A DNA stretch of 64,000 nt, taken from Escherichia phage FL12. Where the stretch lies: the sequence record PP400786; one strand, written 5' to 3'. The stretch's first letter is position 1; every line of letters starts with the position of its first letter. This document shows positions 9,485 through 17,725 of the stretch, piece after piece. The notes under the pieces are model-generated. The model did not search any database. It saw only the letters and a list, made by a program, of their open reading frames with translations, and was not told where the DNA came from. Both the position numbers and the translations under genes were made by a program.

Positions 9485-9967
9485 CTAGCGATAAAAACCA
9501 AACCGACGATTAGTTTCAATAATCTTTCTTTCTTCTTCGGACATTCTCCAGCGTAGTCCAACATCAAAATGAGCCCAGACCATCTTAACAAATGCATTTA
9601 TATCTTTAATATCTTCAATAATGAATGTTTTACTTTTAGAAGGTTGACCTGCTAAATTAAGTGCTAATTTAACTTTATCGTCTTCAAACATGTCAAAAAG
9701 ACCATATTCATGAGCTCTTTTATAGCCTTTAATAGTTAAAGCTTCGGAAGAAGAAAACGGTGAATCTGTATTCTGCAAAATATCTTCAGTATGCTTTATA
9801 ATTAGAATAACATTTTCTGGATATTTTCTTTCTTTTATATCTTTAATTAAAATATCCGGATTTTCTGCTAAAGGAATAATTAACGAGCATTTTTTATCAA
9901 GTGTATTTACTGATTTACCTTCTTTAGACATAAATTCTATTGAATAATGTTTTGCTACTTCAATCAT
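9485..9967 (-). CDS. hypothetical protein (mrh position/size in T4)
   Basis: ORF track 160 aa. Confidence 0.4.
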   Translation of the reverse strand: MIEVAKHYSIEFMSKEGKSVNTLDKKCSLIIPLAENPDILIKDIKERKYPENVILIIKHTEDILQNTDSPFSSSEALTIKGYKRAHEYGLFDMFEDDKVKLALNLAGQPSKSKTFIIEDIKDINAFVKMVWAHFDVGLRWRMSEEERKIIETNRRFGFYR

Positions 9968-10124
9968 GGGATTTCCTTTTGCCTACTAATGGACCATCGG
10001 GAATTTTGTTTTCCTGAATGTATTTCTCATTTTCTTCCATCATTTTACTACCGATTTTAAGAAGCAAATCCAAGGCTTCATTTGCTTTTGCTTTGGCCTC
10101 TTCTAACGTCATATCTTTGCTCAT
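9960..10124 (-). CDS. small hypothetical protein
   Basis: Own translation 54 aa [25 protein letters not shown]...; ATGA overlaps with both neighbours. Confidence 0.4.
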   Translation of the reverse strand: MSKDMTLEEAKAKANEALDLLLKIGSKMMEENEKYIQENKIPDGPLVGKRKSHD

Positions 10125-10324
10125 GATTTATCACCGTAAATATCTCTCATTAATTTAAGAGCTGAGCGCTCTAATTTCTTTTCTTGCTCAGCTTTAATCA
10201 TAGATTTCATCCACTCTTCTGATTCGTTCTGCATTTCTTTATTTGCTTGTTCAACCCAGCCATCGTCAATATACATTGAGTTTGATCTATTGAACCATTC
10301 AAGCATTTTCTTCAGAACTTTCAT
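10121..10324 (-). CDS. small hypothetical protein
   Basis: ORF track 67 aa. Confidence 0.45.
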   Translation of the reverse strand: MKVLKKMLEWFNRSNSMYIDDGWVEQANKEMQNESEEWMKSMIKAEQEKKLERSALKLMRDIYGDKS

Positions 10325-10333
10325 TTGTTTTAC

Positions 10334-10801
10334 CTAAAACAATAGTAGGAGCATCGTCAAATTCATGAATTTTAGCAATTTTGGATTTAAATTATTCCAT
10401 ACATAATAAATAAAGTATGATAAAGCATCTTCACTCGCAATTATAAATTTATTTCCTTTATCTATTTTCCAACTATATAATGAATCGTACGAATAGAAAG
10501 ATAAAGGTTTATCATTATATTGTTCTGCGCTAACATTAATGTATTCGGATTTAGTAAATGCTTCAATTGCTCTAAACGGAATATTTGGTACAGTTTCAAT
10601 AATACCAATCTTTTTAAGTTTTATTTCAGCATCTTCTGGAACTGGCATTGAAACGAAATTTTCTACGAGATACATAGGGTTACAATAACCCTTATCAATC
10701 ACTACGGCTACAGTAATTGGAACATCTTTAGCAAACGACATGCTATTACTGCTAATATACATTTCAAACAAAATCGCTTCCATAATTTTCCTCAATCGCA
10801 A
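10334..10801 (-). CDS. hypothetical protein
   Basis: ORF track 155 aa. Confidence 0.45.
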   Translation of the reverse strand: MRLRKIMEAILFEMYISSNSMSFAKDVPITVAVVIDKGYCNPMYLVENFVSMPVPEDAEIKLKKIGIIETVPNIPFRAIEAFTKSEYINVSAEQYNDKPLSFYSYDSLYSWKIDKGNKFIIASEDALSYFIYYVWNNLNPKLLKFMNLTMLLLLF

Positions 10802-11133
10802 GATGTAGATGAACAGCCAGAATCACAAGAACTTCCACATGAATCGCCCATCCATACATGAACAGGAACATTAGTATCATATGAATCAGAACTAGACTGT
10901 GTATTCTGTGCATTAGATGATGTAGTAGGTACTGACCAGCGCCAAGGATTTTTATAATATTCTTGGGCTTCTTCATAAGTCATAGTAACTGCTTCTACTG
11001 TTCCATCTCCCATATAAACATACTCAACTACAGTTAAAGGAAGATAGTCATTTGAAATAGGAACTACACCTTCTCCGGGAGTTGTAGAGAAAAAATCTGT
11101 AAAGAAACTTTTAAACCAATTAAAGATAAACAT
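10792..11133 (-). CDS. hypothetical protein with Cys/Ser-rich C-terminal tail
   Basis: ORF track 113 aa; C-terminus [18 protein letters not shown]. Confidence 0.45.
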   Translation of the reverse strand: MFIFNWFKSFFTDFFSTTPGEGVVPISNDYLPLTVVEYVYMGDGTVEAVTMTYEEAQEYYKNPWRWSVPTTSSNAQNTQSSSDSYDTNVPVHVWMGDSCGSSCDSGCSSTSCD

Positions 11134-11339
11134 TACAAAAAGCCTCTCTTGAATTCGACTTGCTTTTCGCCATAATCATATCGAATCTCTGCATTAAATT
11201 CGACAGAACCATCTGCGTACATCATAAATGAATGCACAACAACTTCTGTGGACCATGGCTGCAGTTCATATTTCTTCATTACATGCCGTGAAATGATAAT
11301 ATCTAAATCTTCATTTGGTTTAATCCAACGATTTAACAT
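11133..11339 (-). CDS. small hypothetical protein
   Basis: ORF track 68 aa. Confidence 0.45.
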   Translation of the reverse strand: MLNRWIKPNEDLDIIISRHVMKKYELQPWSTEVVVHSFMMYADGSVEFNAEIRYDYGEKQVEFKRGFL

Positions 11340-11365
11340 AGTGCTCTCCTCTATAAGATAATTCT

Positions 11366-11395
11366 ATTATACCATACTCATTTTGATATGTAAAC
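11366..11395 (-). promoter_or_regulatory. T4-type early promoter
   Basis: minus strand GTTTACatatcaaaatgagtatgGTATAAT. Confidence 0.5.
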
Positions 11396-11407
11396 TGCAA
11401 AAACGAA

Positions 11408-11430
11408 AAAAGGAACCCCGAAGGATTCCT
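11408..11430 (-). terminator. hairpin with T-run after soc
   Basis: aggaaccccgaaggattcct stem-loop followed by TTTTTT on the minus strand. Confidence 0.45.
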
Positions 11431-11436
11431 TAAATT

Positions 11437-11694
11437 TTAACCACCAATACCTGGAGTTGGCGTAACAGTCCAAAGACCTTCATTAGCAGTAATCCATTCA
11501 GTACGCTGATTTTCTTCATATACTGTAGAATATGCTGCTTTTTCAGAAGGGAATGTCTGATAATGAGCACCAGAAATTTTGTGAACATCAGAATAAAGAG
11601 GGAAAGCTACAGAAATTTCTTTACCCTGAATTGTACCACCATCAACTGCTTGGTCAAATGTTTTGATATTAACATAACCGCGAGTACTAGCCAT
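11437..11694 (-). CDS. soc: small outer capsid protein Soc
   Basis: MASTRGYVNIKTF...ISVAFPLYSDVHKISGAHYQTFPSEKAAYSTVYEENQRTEW closely matches remembered T4 Soc. Confidence 0.85.
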   Translation of the reverse strand: MASTRGYVNIKTFDQAVDGGTIQGKEISVAFPLYSDVHKISGAHYQTFPSEKAAYSTVYEENQRTEWITANEGLWTVTPTPGIGG

Positions 11695-11710
11695 GTAATT
11701 CTCCTTTTAT

Positions 11711-11920
11711 TTAAATTACATGATTATTTATAATAAATTCTCGCGGAACGTTAAAATATCCGATTTTAGTTAATATAACAACATCACCGTTAATAATTAC
11801 CGGAGAATAATCTTCTGGAGCATTAAATTTCCAATGGGCTCTAATATTATATCCATCAGAACCAAATGCTCGAGTAGCCGGTCTCCCGGCTTTTTGCCAC
11901 GCGTAGAAATCAAATTTCAT
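11711..11920 (-). CDS. small hypothetical protein
   Basis: ORF track 69 aa. Confidence 0.45.
   Translation of the reverse strand: MKFDFYAWQKAGRPATRAFGSDGYNIRAHWKFNAPEDYSPVIINGDVVILTKIGYFNVPREFIINNHVI
11725..11732 (-). promoter_or_regulatory. T4 late promoter box TATAAATA upstream of soc
   Basis: exact TATAAATA on the minus strand ~30 nt upstream of soc ATG. Confidence 0.5.
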
Positions 11921-12117
11921 TTTGAATGCTCTATAATTAATTTTAAGGCTTCTTCGCTGACAAAAATTTCGTCAGGACCTTCTTCTATAACCCAATCAAC
12001 CATACGAAGTTGATTAGTTAAGAGCTCACATACGAGCTCCTTGTTATAATCTTTAAATAGCTGGTTAATACGTTTCTTATGGGCTTTCTTAAGCTGACGC
12101 TTATTTAAACGAGCCAT
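11917..12117 (-). CDS. small basic hypothetical protein
   Basis: ORF track 66 aa. Confidence 0.45.
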   Translation of the reverse strand: MARLNKRQLKKAHKKRINQLFKDYNKELVCELLTNQLRMVDWVIEEGPDEIFVSEEALKLIIEHSK

Positions 12118-12635
12118 TAATAACCTCGGTCTTGACGAGCGAAGTTTTCAGCATTTTTCAGGTAATAAAGTTTAAAGATTTCTTCAGCTGACATTCCAAG
12201 AGCAATAAATTTATTCATGAAAAAGTGAAATTGGTCAATCAGTTCAAATTTAATTTCAAGCTGATCTTCGGGAGATAAATCTTGAATTTTCTTGGATTGC
12301 ATTTCAGAATAACGTTTCTTCCAAGGTTTCCATACAGCAGAAGCTTCTTTTTCACCATTACTCATACCACCAAGAGAAGTATATAGTTCGCGAGTTTCAT
12401 CTGCGATATAATCGTCTTGGTTTCGCAACCAAGCAAGAACTTCTCCTGCGGTTTCAAGTGAATCAGGATGACGATTTGTTTCTGGTTTATCATTAGCCAA
12501 ACGAATCTGTAAATGCCGCTGCATATCAAGCATAACCTGCAGTGGGTCAATATTGTGCATAATATTCTCAGCATATGCACGATTTGCTTTATCAACACCT
12601 TCGATCAAATGAGCACATTCATTAAAGTAAGCCAT
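12117..12635 (-). CDS. 56: dCTPase/dUTPase (MazG-like)
   Basis: start moved to ATG 12633-12635 (MAYFNECAHLIEG; RBS AAGGAAAAA) giving ~171 aa as T4 gp56; MotA-box-like TTGCTTTA plus TATAAT upstream. Confidence 0.7.
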   Translation of the reverse strand: MAYFNECAHLIEGVDKANRAYAENIMHNIDPLQVMLDMQRHLQIRLANDKPETNRHPDSLETAGEVLAWLRNQDDYIADETRELYTSLGGMSNGEKEASAVWKPWKKRYSEMQSKKIQDLSPEDQLEIKFELIDQFHFFMNKFIALGMSAEEIFKLYYLKNAENFARQDRGY

Positions 12636-12706
12636 TATTTTTCCTTTCAATTCATGGGTTAGTAGATTAATTATACAATAAATATATAAAGCAATAAGGA
12701 GGACAT

Positions 12707-12907
12707 ATGGTACAAAAATTAATGGCACTTGTTAATGCCATAAAAGGTAATAAAAAACGTATAGCTTTTACTATTTCTGCTATGGTAGGAATTTTACTCT
12801 GGAACTTTATTCTATCACCTGTTGCAATTGCGCATGGTATTAATATTCCAGTAGTTACTCTTGATACATTTGTAGATTTAGCATTTGCTTTAGTTGGGTT
12901 GATTTAA
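12707..12907 (+). CDS. plus-strand small membrane protein (two predicted TM segments)
   Basis: ORF track 66 aa; strong SD AAGGAGG 5 nt before ATG; sits in the 268-nt gap between genes 56 and 61. Confidence 0.45.
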   Translation: MVQKLMALVNAIKGNKKRIAFTISAMVGILLWNFILSPVAIAHGINIPVVTLDTFVDLAFALVGLI

Positions 12908-13932
12908 ATCTTAGCATATTTAGATAGCCGCATTTTAGCCATCAACCCCTGGGCAATATTATTTTTCATATATTCCATAATTTGTTCAGGGGTTGCACCT
13001 TCCTTTCTAATCATATCATTGACATCTTTTGATTTCCAGGGAGATTTATCCCAAAACATAACCCTTTCTCCTGCATCAACTAATTTAGTCATTCGTTTGA
13101 TAGTGTCAGGGTGACGAGGTTCATTATCTAAAACCCACACTCGTCTATCTTTAAATGGAACAACTTCTAGGTCTAATTGACCACCTGTAATAGCTATACC
13201 ATTTTCAATAAAAAGTGAATCTATAGGTCCTTCTAGAACATATACATCACCATCTTTAACTCGTTCAACTCCATAGATTTTTGTTGCCTCAGGATAAGCT
13301 TTGATGGTGATATATTTTTGAGGAGCATCTTTCTTTAATGCACGTCCTTGAAAAGACTCAGCTTTTCCATTAGCATTATAAATTGGAATAACAAGACGAG
13401 GCTCAGATATTTCCTTTTTATATGTTCCCGGTGCTATACTATTAACTAATTTAGGCCATTCGGTTGTAAACCAAAGATATTTCCATTTATCCTTTGGAAT
13501 ACAACGAGCTTTTACGTATTTTATAATTGGGTGGTCTTCCGCCAGTTTATCTAATCTAACACATGACGGAAGAGATTTAATTATTTTCTTCTCAGGTTGT
13601 TTAGGAAGTTCTTTAGGTTTTTCTACTGGACGACTTTTACCTTTTTCTTTTCTTATTTCAAAGATATACTCACGATATAAATCAGGTTCAAACTCCTTTA
13701 AATATATTCCGATTGGTGCATGATAGTTACAGTTATAACAATGAATATTTCCTTCATTATTATCACCATAATACCATCCACGAGCTTTATTCTGGTCGGT
13801 TTTTGAATCTCCACAAACAGGGCATCTAAACCGCAATTTAAAAGTTGAACTATTATTTACTTGTGTGAATTTAGGTAAATGAGCTAATGCACGGTATGCA
13901 AACTCATTATCAATCCAAGGTATTGATGACAT
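12904..13932 (-). CDS. 61: DNA primase
   Basis: 342 aa as T4 gp61; zinc ribbon CPVCGDSK...CYNC. Confidence 0.9.
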   Translation of the reverse strand: MSSIPWIDNEFAYRALAHLPKFTQVNNSSTFKLRFRCPVCGDSKTDQNKARGWYYGDNNEGNIHCYNCNYHAPIGIYLKEFEPDLYREYIFEIRKEKGKSRPVEKPKELPKQPEKKIIKSLPSCVRLDKLAEDHPIIKYVKARCIPKDKWKYLWFTTEWPKLVNSIAPGTYKKEISEPRLVIPIYNANGKAESFQGRALKKDAPQKYITIKAYPEATKIYGVERVKDGDVYVLEGPIDSLFIENGIAITGGQLDLEVVPFKDRRVWVLDNEPRHPDTIKRMTKLVDAGERVMFWDKSPWKSKDVNDMIRKEGATPEQIMEYMKNNIAQGLMAKMRLSKYAKI

Positions 13933-13934
13933 TT

Positions 13935-14099
13935 TTACTCTTCTTTTTCTTTAGATTCCTCTTTTTTCTTTTTAGGAATCTGCTCAGGACCTTTATTTAC
14001 TACAGCGCCTGACGTTGTTCCAGTAGAGATATTTTCAGGATTACCACCTGAATCTCCAGCGACCATATCTTCTTTGATAAATTCTTTATATGTTTTCAT
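13935..14099 (-). CDS. small protein with internal-protein-like capsid targeting leader (MKTYKEFIKE)
   Basis: Own translation 54 aa MKTYKEFIKEDMVAGDSGGNPENISTGTTSGAVVNKGPEQIPKKKEESKEKEE; RBS GAGG; not in track. Confidence 0.45.
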   Translation of the reverse strand: MKTYKEFIKEDMVAGDSGGNPENISTGTTSGAVVNKGPEQIPKKKKEESKEKEE

Positions 14100-14100
14100 A

Positions 14101-14456
14101 TTAACCTCTATTCATAAAAGCATTAAAAATTTGGTCATCAATAGATGGCGCAGTAATATTTTCTGCATCATTTAGCAAATCATTAATTTCATCAGATAGC
14201 ATAACACATGTACCTTTATTTCCTGTAATTGTTACTGCACAATTACGAACGTTTTCTTTATCAAATTTTAGGTTAATATTTTCGTAGTGAAAATCCTTTA
14301 ATGCCGAATATATCTTTAAAATGAAATTGTCTTTTACTACAATAAACCCAACCTCACTATTAAAACGTGGTTCATGGAAACTGTAATAAACCTTTTCATC
14401 TATAAAATCGTATGAAATTTTTCCATTTTTAAATATGAAAATTCAGAACTATACAT
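14101..14456 (-). pseudogene. degenerate partial duplicate of the downstream 210-aa gene; no clean start
   Basis: ATG 14454-14456 opens an 18-codon frame; the +2 frame encodes ...VGFIVVKDNFILKIY...SIDDQIFNAFMNRG paralogous to 14458-15090; ~45-bp near-identical junction repeat at 14097-14144 and 14454-14501. Confidence 0.45.
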
Positions 14457-14457
14457 A

Positions 14458-15090
14458 TTAATCTCTATTCATAAAAGCATTAAAAATTTGATCGTCAATA
14501 GAAACTTTTACTTTAGGCTGTTCTTCAAACGGTAATTCATATCCACATATTACAATTTTGTGATCGATACCAAAATACACAGAAGCAATATTATTAATAT
14601 TATTTTCAGTGAAATCTAAATCAACATCAATATCTTTTTGACTAACGCTCAAAGGATAATTAATACGAATAATTCGATTATCTTTAACAAAGATTCCACC
14701 GACATACTCTGTGCTGCGTTTAAAGTTTACACGTTTCCTAAATGAAAAATATTCAGGTTCTTTATGGGCTCGACTCATAGGGCTTAAAGTGTATTCCGAA
14801 TATGAAATATCAAATCCTACACCTTCAATATGAGCCAAAGTGTCATGATTAAACCAATTATAATCGTATGCCAAATCCATTAAATTGTAATATGTGAAAG
14901 GCACCGGATTAACATCATATGTTGTACCTTTAAAATCTGCCCAGGCAACGATTTCGTTATCTTTAACAATTACAAAAATTGTGCCAATAAGATATCCACG
15001 GTTATTTTCATCAGGCGTTATATTATAACATTGTGCATCAGGAAATTTACCGTATTTAAACGGTGGATTTTTGTGCATATAATAAATCAT
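14458..15090 (-). CDS. hypothetical protein with internal repeat (61.2 position in T4)
   Basis: ORF track 210 aa; repeated IFV(I)VKDN modules. Confidence 0.5.
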   Translation of the reverse strand: MIYYMHKNPPFKYGKFPDAQCYNITPDENNRGYLIGTIFVIVKDNEIVAWADFKGTTYDVNPVPFTYYNLMDLAYDYNWFNHDTLAHIEGVGFDISYSEYTLSPMSRAHKEPEYFSFRKRVNFKRSTEYVGGIFVKDNRIIRINYPLSVSQKDIDVDLDFTENNINNIASVYFGIDHKIVICGYELPFEEQPKVKVSIDDQIFNAFMNRD

Positions 15091-15091
15091 A

Positions 15092-15385
15092 TTATTCGCC
15101 TGTGATTTCGGTTACGATATTTTTATTATTGAAGTTTTTATCACAATACAGAACGTAATTATACTGCATTACCCCACCAGACTTAAGCTGTTTTTGTACT
15201 TCAGCTTTCATTTCAGGACGATCACGCTCAACGATATTCATAATATCTGCTTCAATTTGAGTTTCAACCTCAGTCTGATCCGCAGTCATAGACCATTCGC
15301 ACAAATCTTTATCATAGCCTGCCATAGCAGGCTGAGCAGCACAAGAAGATAAAGCAAAAATTGTAGCAAAGATAAATTTTTTCAT
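15092..15385 (-). CDS. sp: periplasmic protein Spackle-like
   Basis: 97 aa with signal peptide MKKFIFATIFALSSCAAQPAMA; length and position as T4 Sp (61.3). Confidence 0.55.
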   Translation of the reverse strand: MKKFIFATIFALSSCAAQPAMAGYDKDLCEWSMTADQTEVETQIEADIMNIVERDRPEMKAEVQKQLKSGGVMQYNYVLYCDKNFNNKNIVTEITGE

Positions 15386-15443
15386 GATAATCTCCTCAGT
15401 AGTTTATGTTTATAGTATCTCAATTTCCAACAAAAGTAAACAG

Positions 15444-15701
15444 TTATTTTAAAACTTCTGCATAATCACATGTTACAAACTGTTTCTCTAACTTGACGAT
15501 TTTACGAAAGTATCTTTTGCATTGGCGAATCTGCCGCTTCGTAGGGCGAACAGCAAACTTAATAAATTCCACTCGACCAAATGGAGGGTTTTCTTCTGCT
15601 GGAATATCTAACACCAATTCCCACGTATCCGCAATAAGTGCTTTGAATTGAGTATTTTTCCTAACGTTATACGGAGTAGGTTTAAATAAAACAATATGCA
15701 T
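15444..15701 (-). CDS. small basic protein (61.4 position; possible TifA-like)
   Basis: start moved to ATG 15699-15701 (MHIVLFKPT; RBS GAGGA), 85 aa. Confidence 0.4.
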   Translation of the reverse strand: MHIVLFKPTPYNVRKNTQFKALIADTWELVLDIPAEENPPFGRVEFIKFAVRPTKRQIRQCKRYFRKIVKLEKQFVTCDYAEVLK

Positions 15702-15702
15702 A

Positions 15703-15885
15703 TTATCCTCGGCAATCCACTTCACATACTTTCTTGTCATCAATAAAAGCTTCAACTAATGCTTTATTAACTTCAGCATACTGAGTAGTAGCCCATTGAA
15801 CGTCATCTTTCATCATTGTGGTTTCTTTAGTAAACATGCTTTCATTCTTAAACCACCCCATAAAAACTACCTTTACCAATTCCAT
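15703..15885 (-). CDS. dmd: Dmd-like antitoxin (inhibitor of RnlA/LsoA)
   Basis: 60 aa MELVKVVFMGWFKNESMFTKE... as remembered for T4 Dmd; directly downstream of gene 41. Confidence 0.6.
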   Translation of the reverse strand: MELVKVVFMGWFKNESMFTKETTMMKDDVQWATTQYAEVNKALVEAFIDDKKVCEVDCRG

Positions 15886-15912
15886 AACAATCTCCTCATT
15901 TAACCAACAAGA

Positions 15913-15944
15913 CTACTATACCATAGTCTCGTCAGCTTGTAAAC
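15913..15944 (-). promoter_or_regulatory. T4-type early promoter upstream of dmd
   Basis: minus strand GTTTACaagctgacgagactatgGTATAGT. Confidence 0.45.
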
Positions 15945-17371
15945 TAAAATTTTAATTCATTCGCCAAAGCATCTAACTGAGCTCGAGCTGATTCGTTTCT
16001 TTGATAGCGATTCTGTTCAGCCTGAATCTGTTGTGAACCTGCTACTTCGTTCACTTCAGTTGGAGTAGAATCTTGTTCAATTTCTACCCATTTCTGATTT
16101 CCCTTTTGAACACCCATCAAAAACTTATTCCATTTGTTCTTATCGCCATATCGTGATTTGATTTGCTTAATGAGTTGTTGTTCAGCAGCTGCTAGCTCCT
16201 CGGTTTCAATGACTGCAAGCATAAAATCAGCTGTTGCTGGAAGACCGGCAGATTCTGCAATATCGCTCATGTTAACATCGGAAGAGTCCCAAGCTTGTTT
16301 ACCAACCTGTGCTGCAGTCCAAAGAACAGTTTCGGTTTCAACAGCCAGAGCACGCAATTCCTCGGCAATAGCTTTAACAGTTGTGTAACTATTTTCTGAA
16401 TAAACTCTAATGCGGCAAGATTTACAAATACCTAGATAGTCGACAATAATGATTGTTGGAACAAAATTCTTCTTGAGCTTCAATTCGTTTAAAAGTGATC
16501 GAAATGTATTAGCATCTGCTCCACCAGTAGGATATTGTTTAACGATTAAACGACCGAGAGTAGATTTCTCACGCCATTTTTCCATTTTTCCTTTATACTC
16601 AGCGTAAGAAATATGCCCATCATCAATGTCATCAAGAGAAACATCAAGCATATTAGCGTCAATACGTTTAGCACAGACTTCTTCTGCCATTTCCATGGAG
16701 ATATAAAGAACGTTATGACCAAGCTGTAAATAATCTGCTGCCAATGAACACAATCCTAATGATTTACCAACGTTAACGCCAGCCATTAAAACGTTCAGTG
16801 TTCCAGTCTCAGCTCCGCCTTTAGTAATTTTGTTTAGAATTCTGAGTTTAAATGGAACCTTACGAGCTTTATTCATATAAGATAGCCAGCGTGCTTCGTA
16901 GTCATCCATCCAATCATGACCAACGTAGCTATCAAATGAAATTGATAATGCTTGACGCATGATGTCAGGAATAGCACCAACATCCGGCATTTTCTTATTT
17001 CGTTTTTCCGGAGGAAGCTCAGCATTAGTTTGAATTTCGATTATTTTAGACGTAGCATTAAACATCGCCCTTTGCTGAACATATTTTTCTGTTTCTTTTA
17101 CTAACCAGCTGTGGTCTTCTGGAGAATCGGCTAGTTTTGAAATAAGTGTTTTTACACCAGAATATTCCGTTTCAGTAAATGAACTATTTTCTAATGCAAC
17201 ATTTAACGCATTAATAGATGGAACGCTATGATACTCATTGACATGAGATTTAATTAATTTGAATGTATTTTTAGCTGGACCACTTTCAAAATATTCTGAA
17301 TCCATATATGGCCAAACTTTTGAAAAATAAGCTTGATCAAATATGAGATGAGAAAGAATAATTTCTACCAC
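15944..17371 (-). CDS. 41: replicative DNA helicase (DnaB family)
   Basis: 475 aa as T4 gp41; Walker A GVNVGKS. Confidence 0.9.
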   Translation of the reverse strand: MVEIILSHLIFDQAYFSKVWPYMDSEYFESGPAKNTFKLIKSHVNEYHSVPSINALNVALENSSFTETEYSGVKTLISKLADSPEDHSWLVKETEKYVQQRAMFNATSKIIEIQTNAELPPEKRNKKMPDVGAIPDIMRQALSISFDSYVGHDWMDDYEARWLSYMNKARKVPFKLRILNKITKGGAETGTLNVLMAGVNVGKSLGLCSLAADYLQLGHNVLYISMEMAEEVCAKRIDANMLDVSLDDIDDGHISYAEYKGKMEKWREKSTLGRLIVKQYPTGGADANTFRSLLNELKLKKNFVPTIIIVDYLGICKSCRIRVYSENSYTTVKAIAEELRALAVETETVLWTAAQVGKQAWDSSDVNMSDIAESAGLPATADFMLAVIETEELAAAEQQLIKQIKSRYGDKNKWNKFLMGVQKGNQKWVEIEQDSTPTEVNEVAGSQQIQAEQNRYQRNESARAQLDALANELKF

Positions 17372-17380
17372 ACTTACTCC

Positions 17381-17725
17381 TTAAAAGAATTTAAACTTTT
17401 TCTTTGACCTTTTATTAAATGCATCTTGTAGTTGCATTGTAATACATTTTTCTACATGAGGAGCTAACTCAGCTTTTCTTTCTTGGTCAAGAACAGCAAA
17501 GTCCATTACGACTTTTCCATCAACCCAATCTAATTTTGTCACATACACAATGTGCGTAGAACCATCTTCTAGTTTAATGACAATCTCCTGGATAACATTT
17601 TCCATGGCAGATTTAATTATCTTAAGAGACTCATTAAAAAGACGTTCTTTTCTTTCTTCTTCCCCCTCCGAAGAGGGGGATTCATCGATAATTTCTAGAT
17701 CTAAATCTAAATCATCTTTATTCAT
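17381..17725 (-). CDS. 40: gp40-like protein (head vertex assembly chaperone position)
   Basis: start moved to ATG 17723-17725 (MNKDDLDLDL), ~114 aa; between 41 and uvsX. Confidence 0.5.
   Translation of the reverse strand: MNKDDLDLDLEIIDESPSSEGEEERKERLFNESLKIIKSAMENVIQEIVIKLEDGSTHIVYVTKLDWVDGKVVMDFAVLDQERKAELAPHVEKCITMQLQDAFNKRSKKKFKFF

Noticed and set aside
10764-10976. Minus-strand ORF overlapping 10792-11133 in another frame (similar cases 12362-12598 within gene 56, 22543-22728 within gene 43, 31914-32135 within alpha-gt, 36829-37053 within nrdG)
   Set aside because: Alternative-frame ORFs embedded in better-supported genes.
16134-16388. Plus-strand ORF inside gene 41 (similar cases at 6213-6582, 23831-24118, 27256-27672, 29668-30051, 55646-56029, 57761-58105)
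   Set aside because: Each lies wholly inside a strongly supported minus-strand gene, lacks an RBS and has implausible composition.
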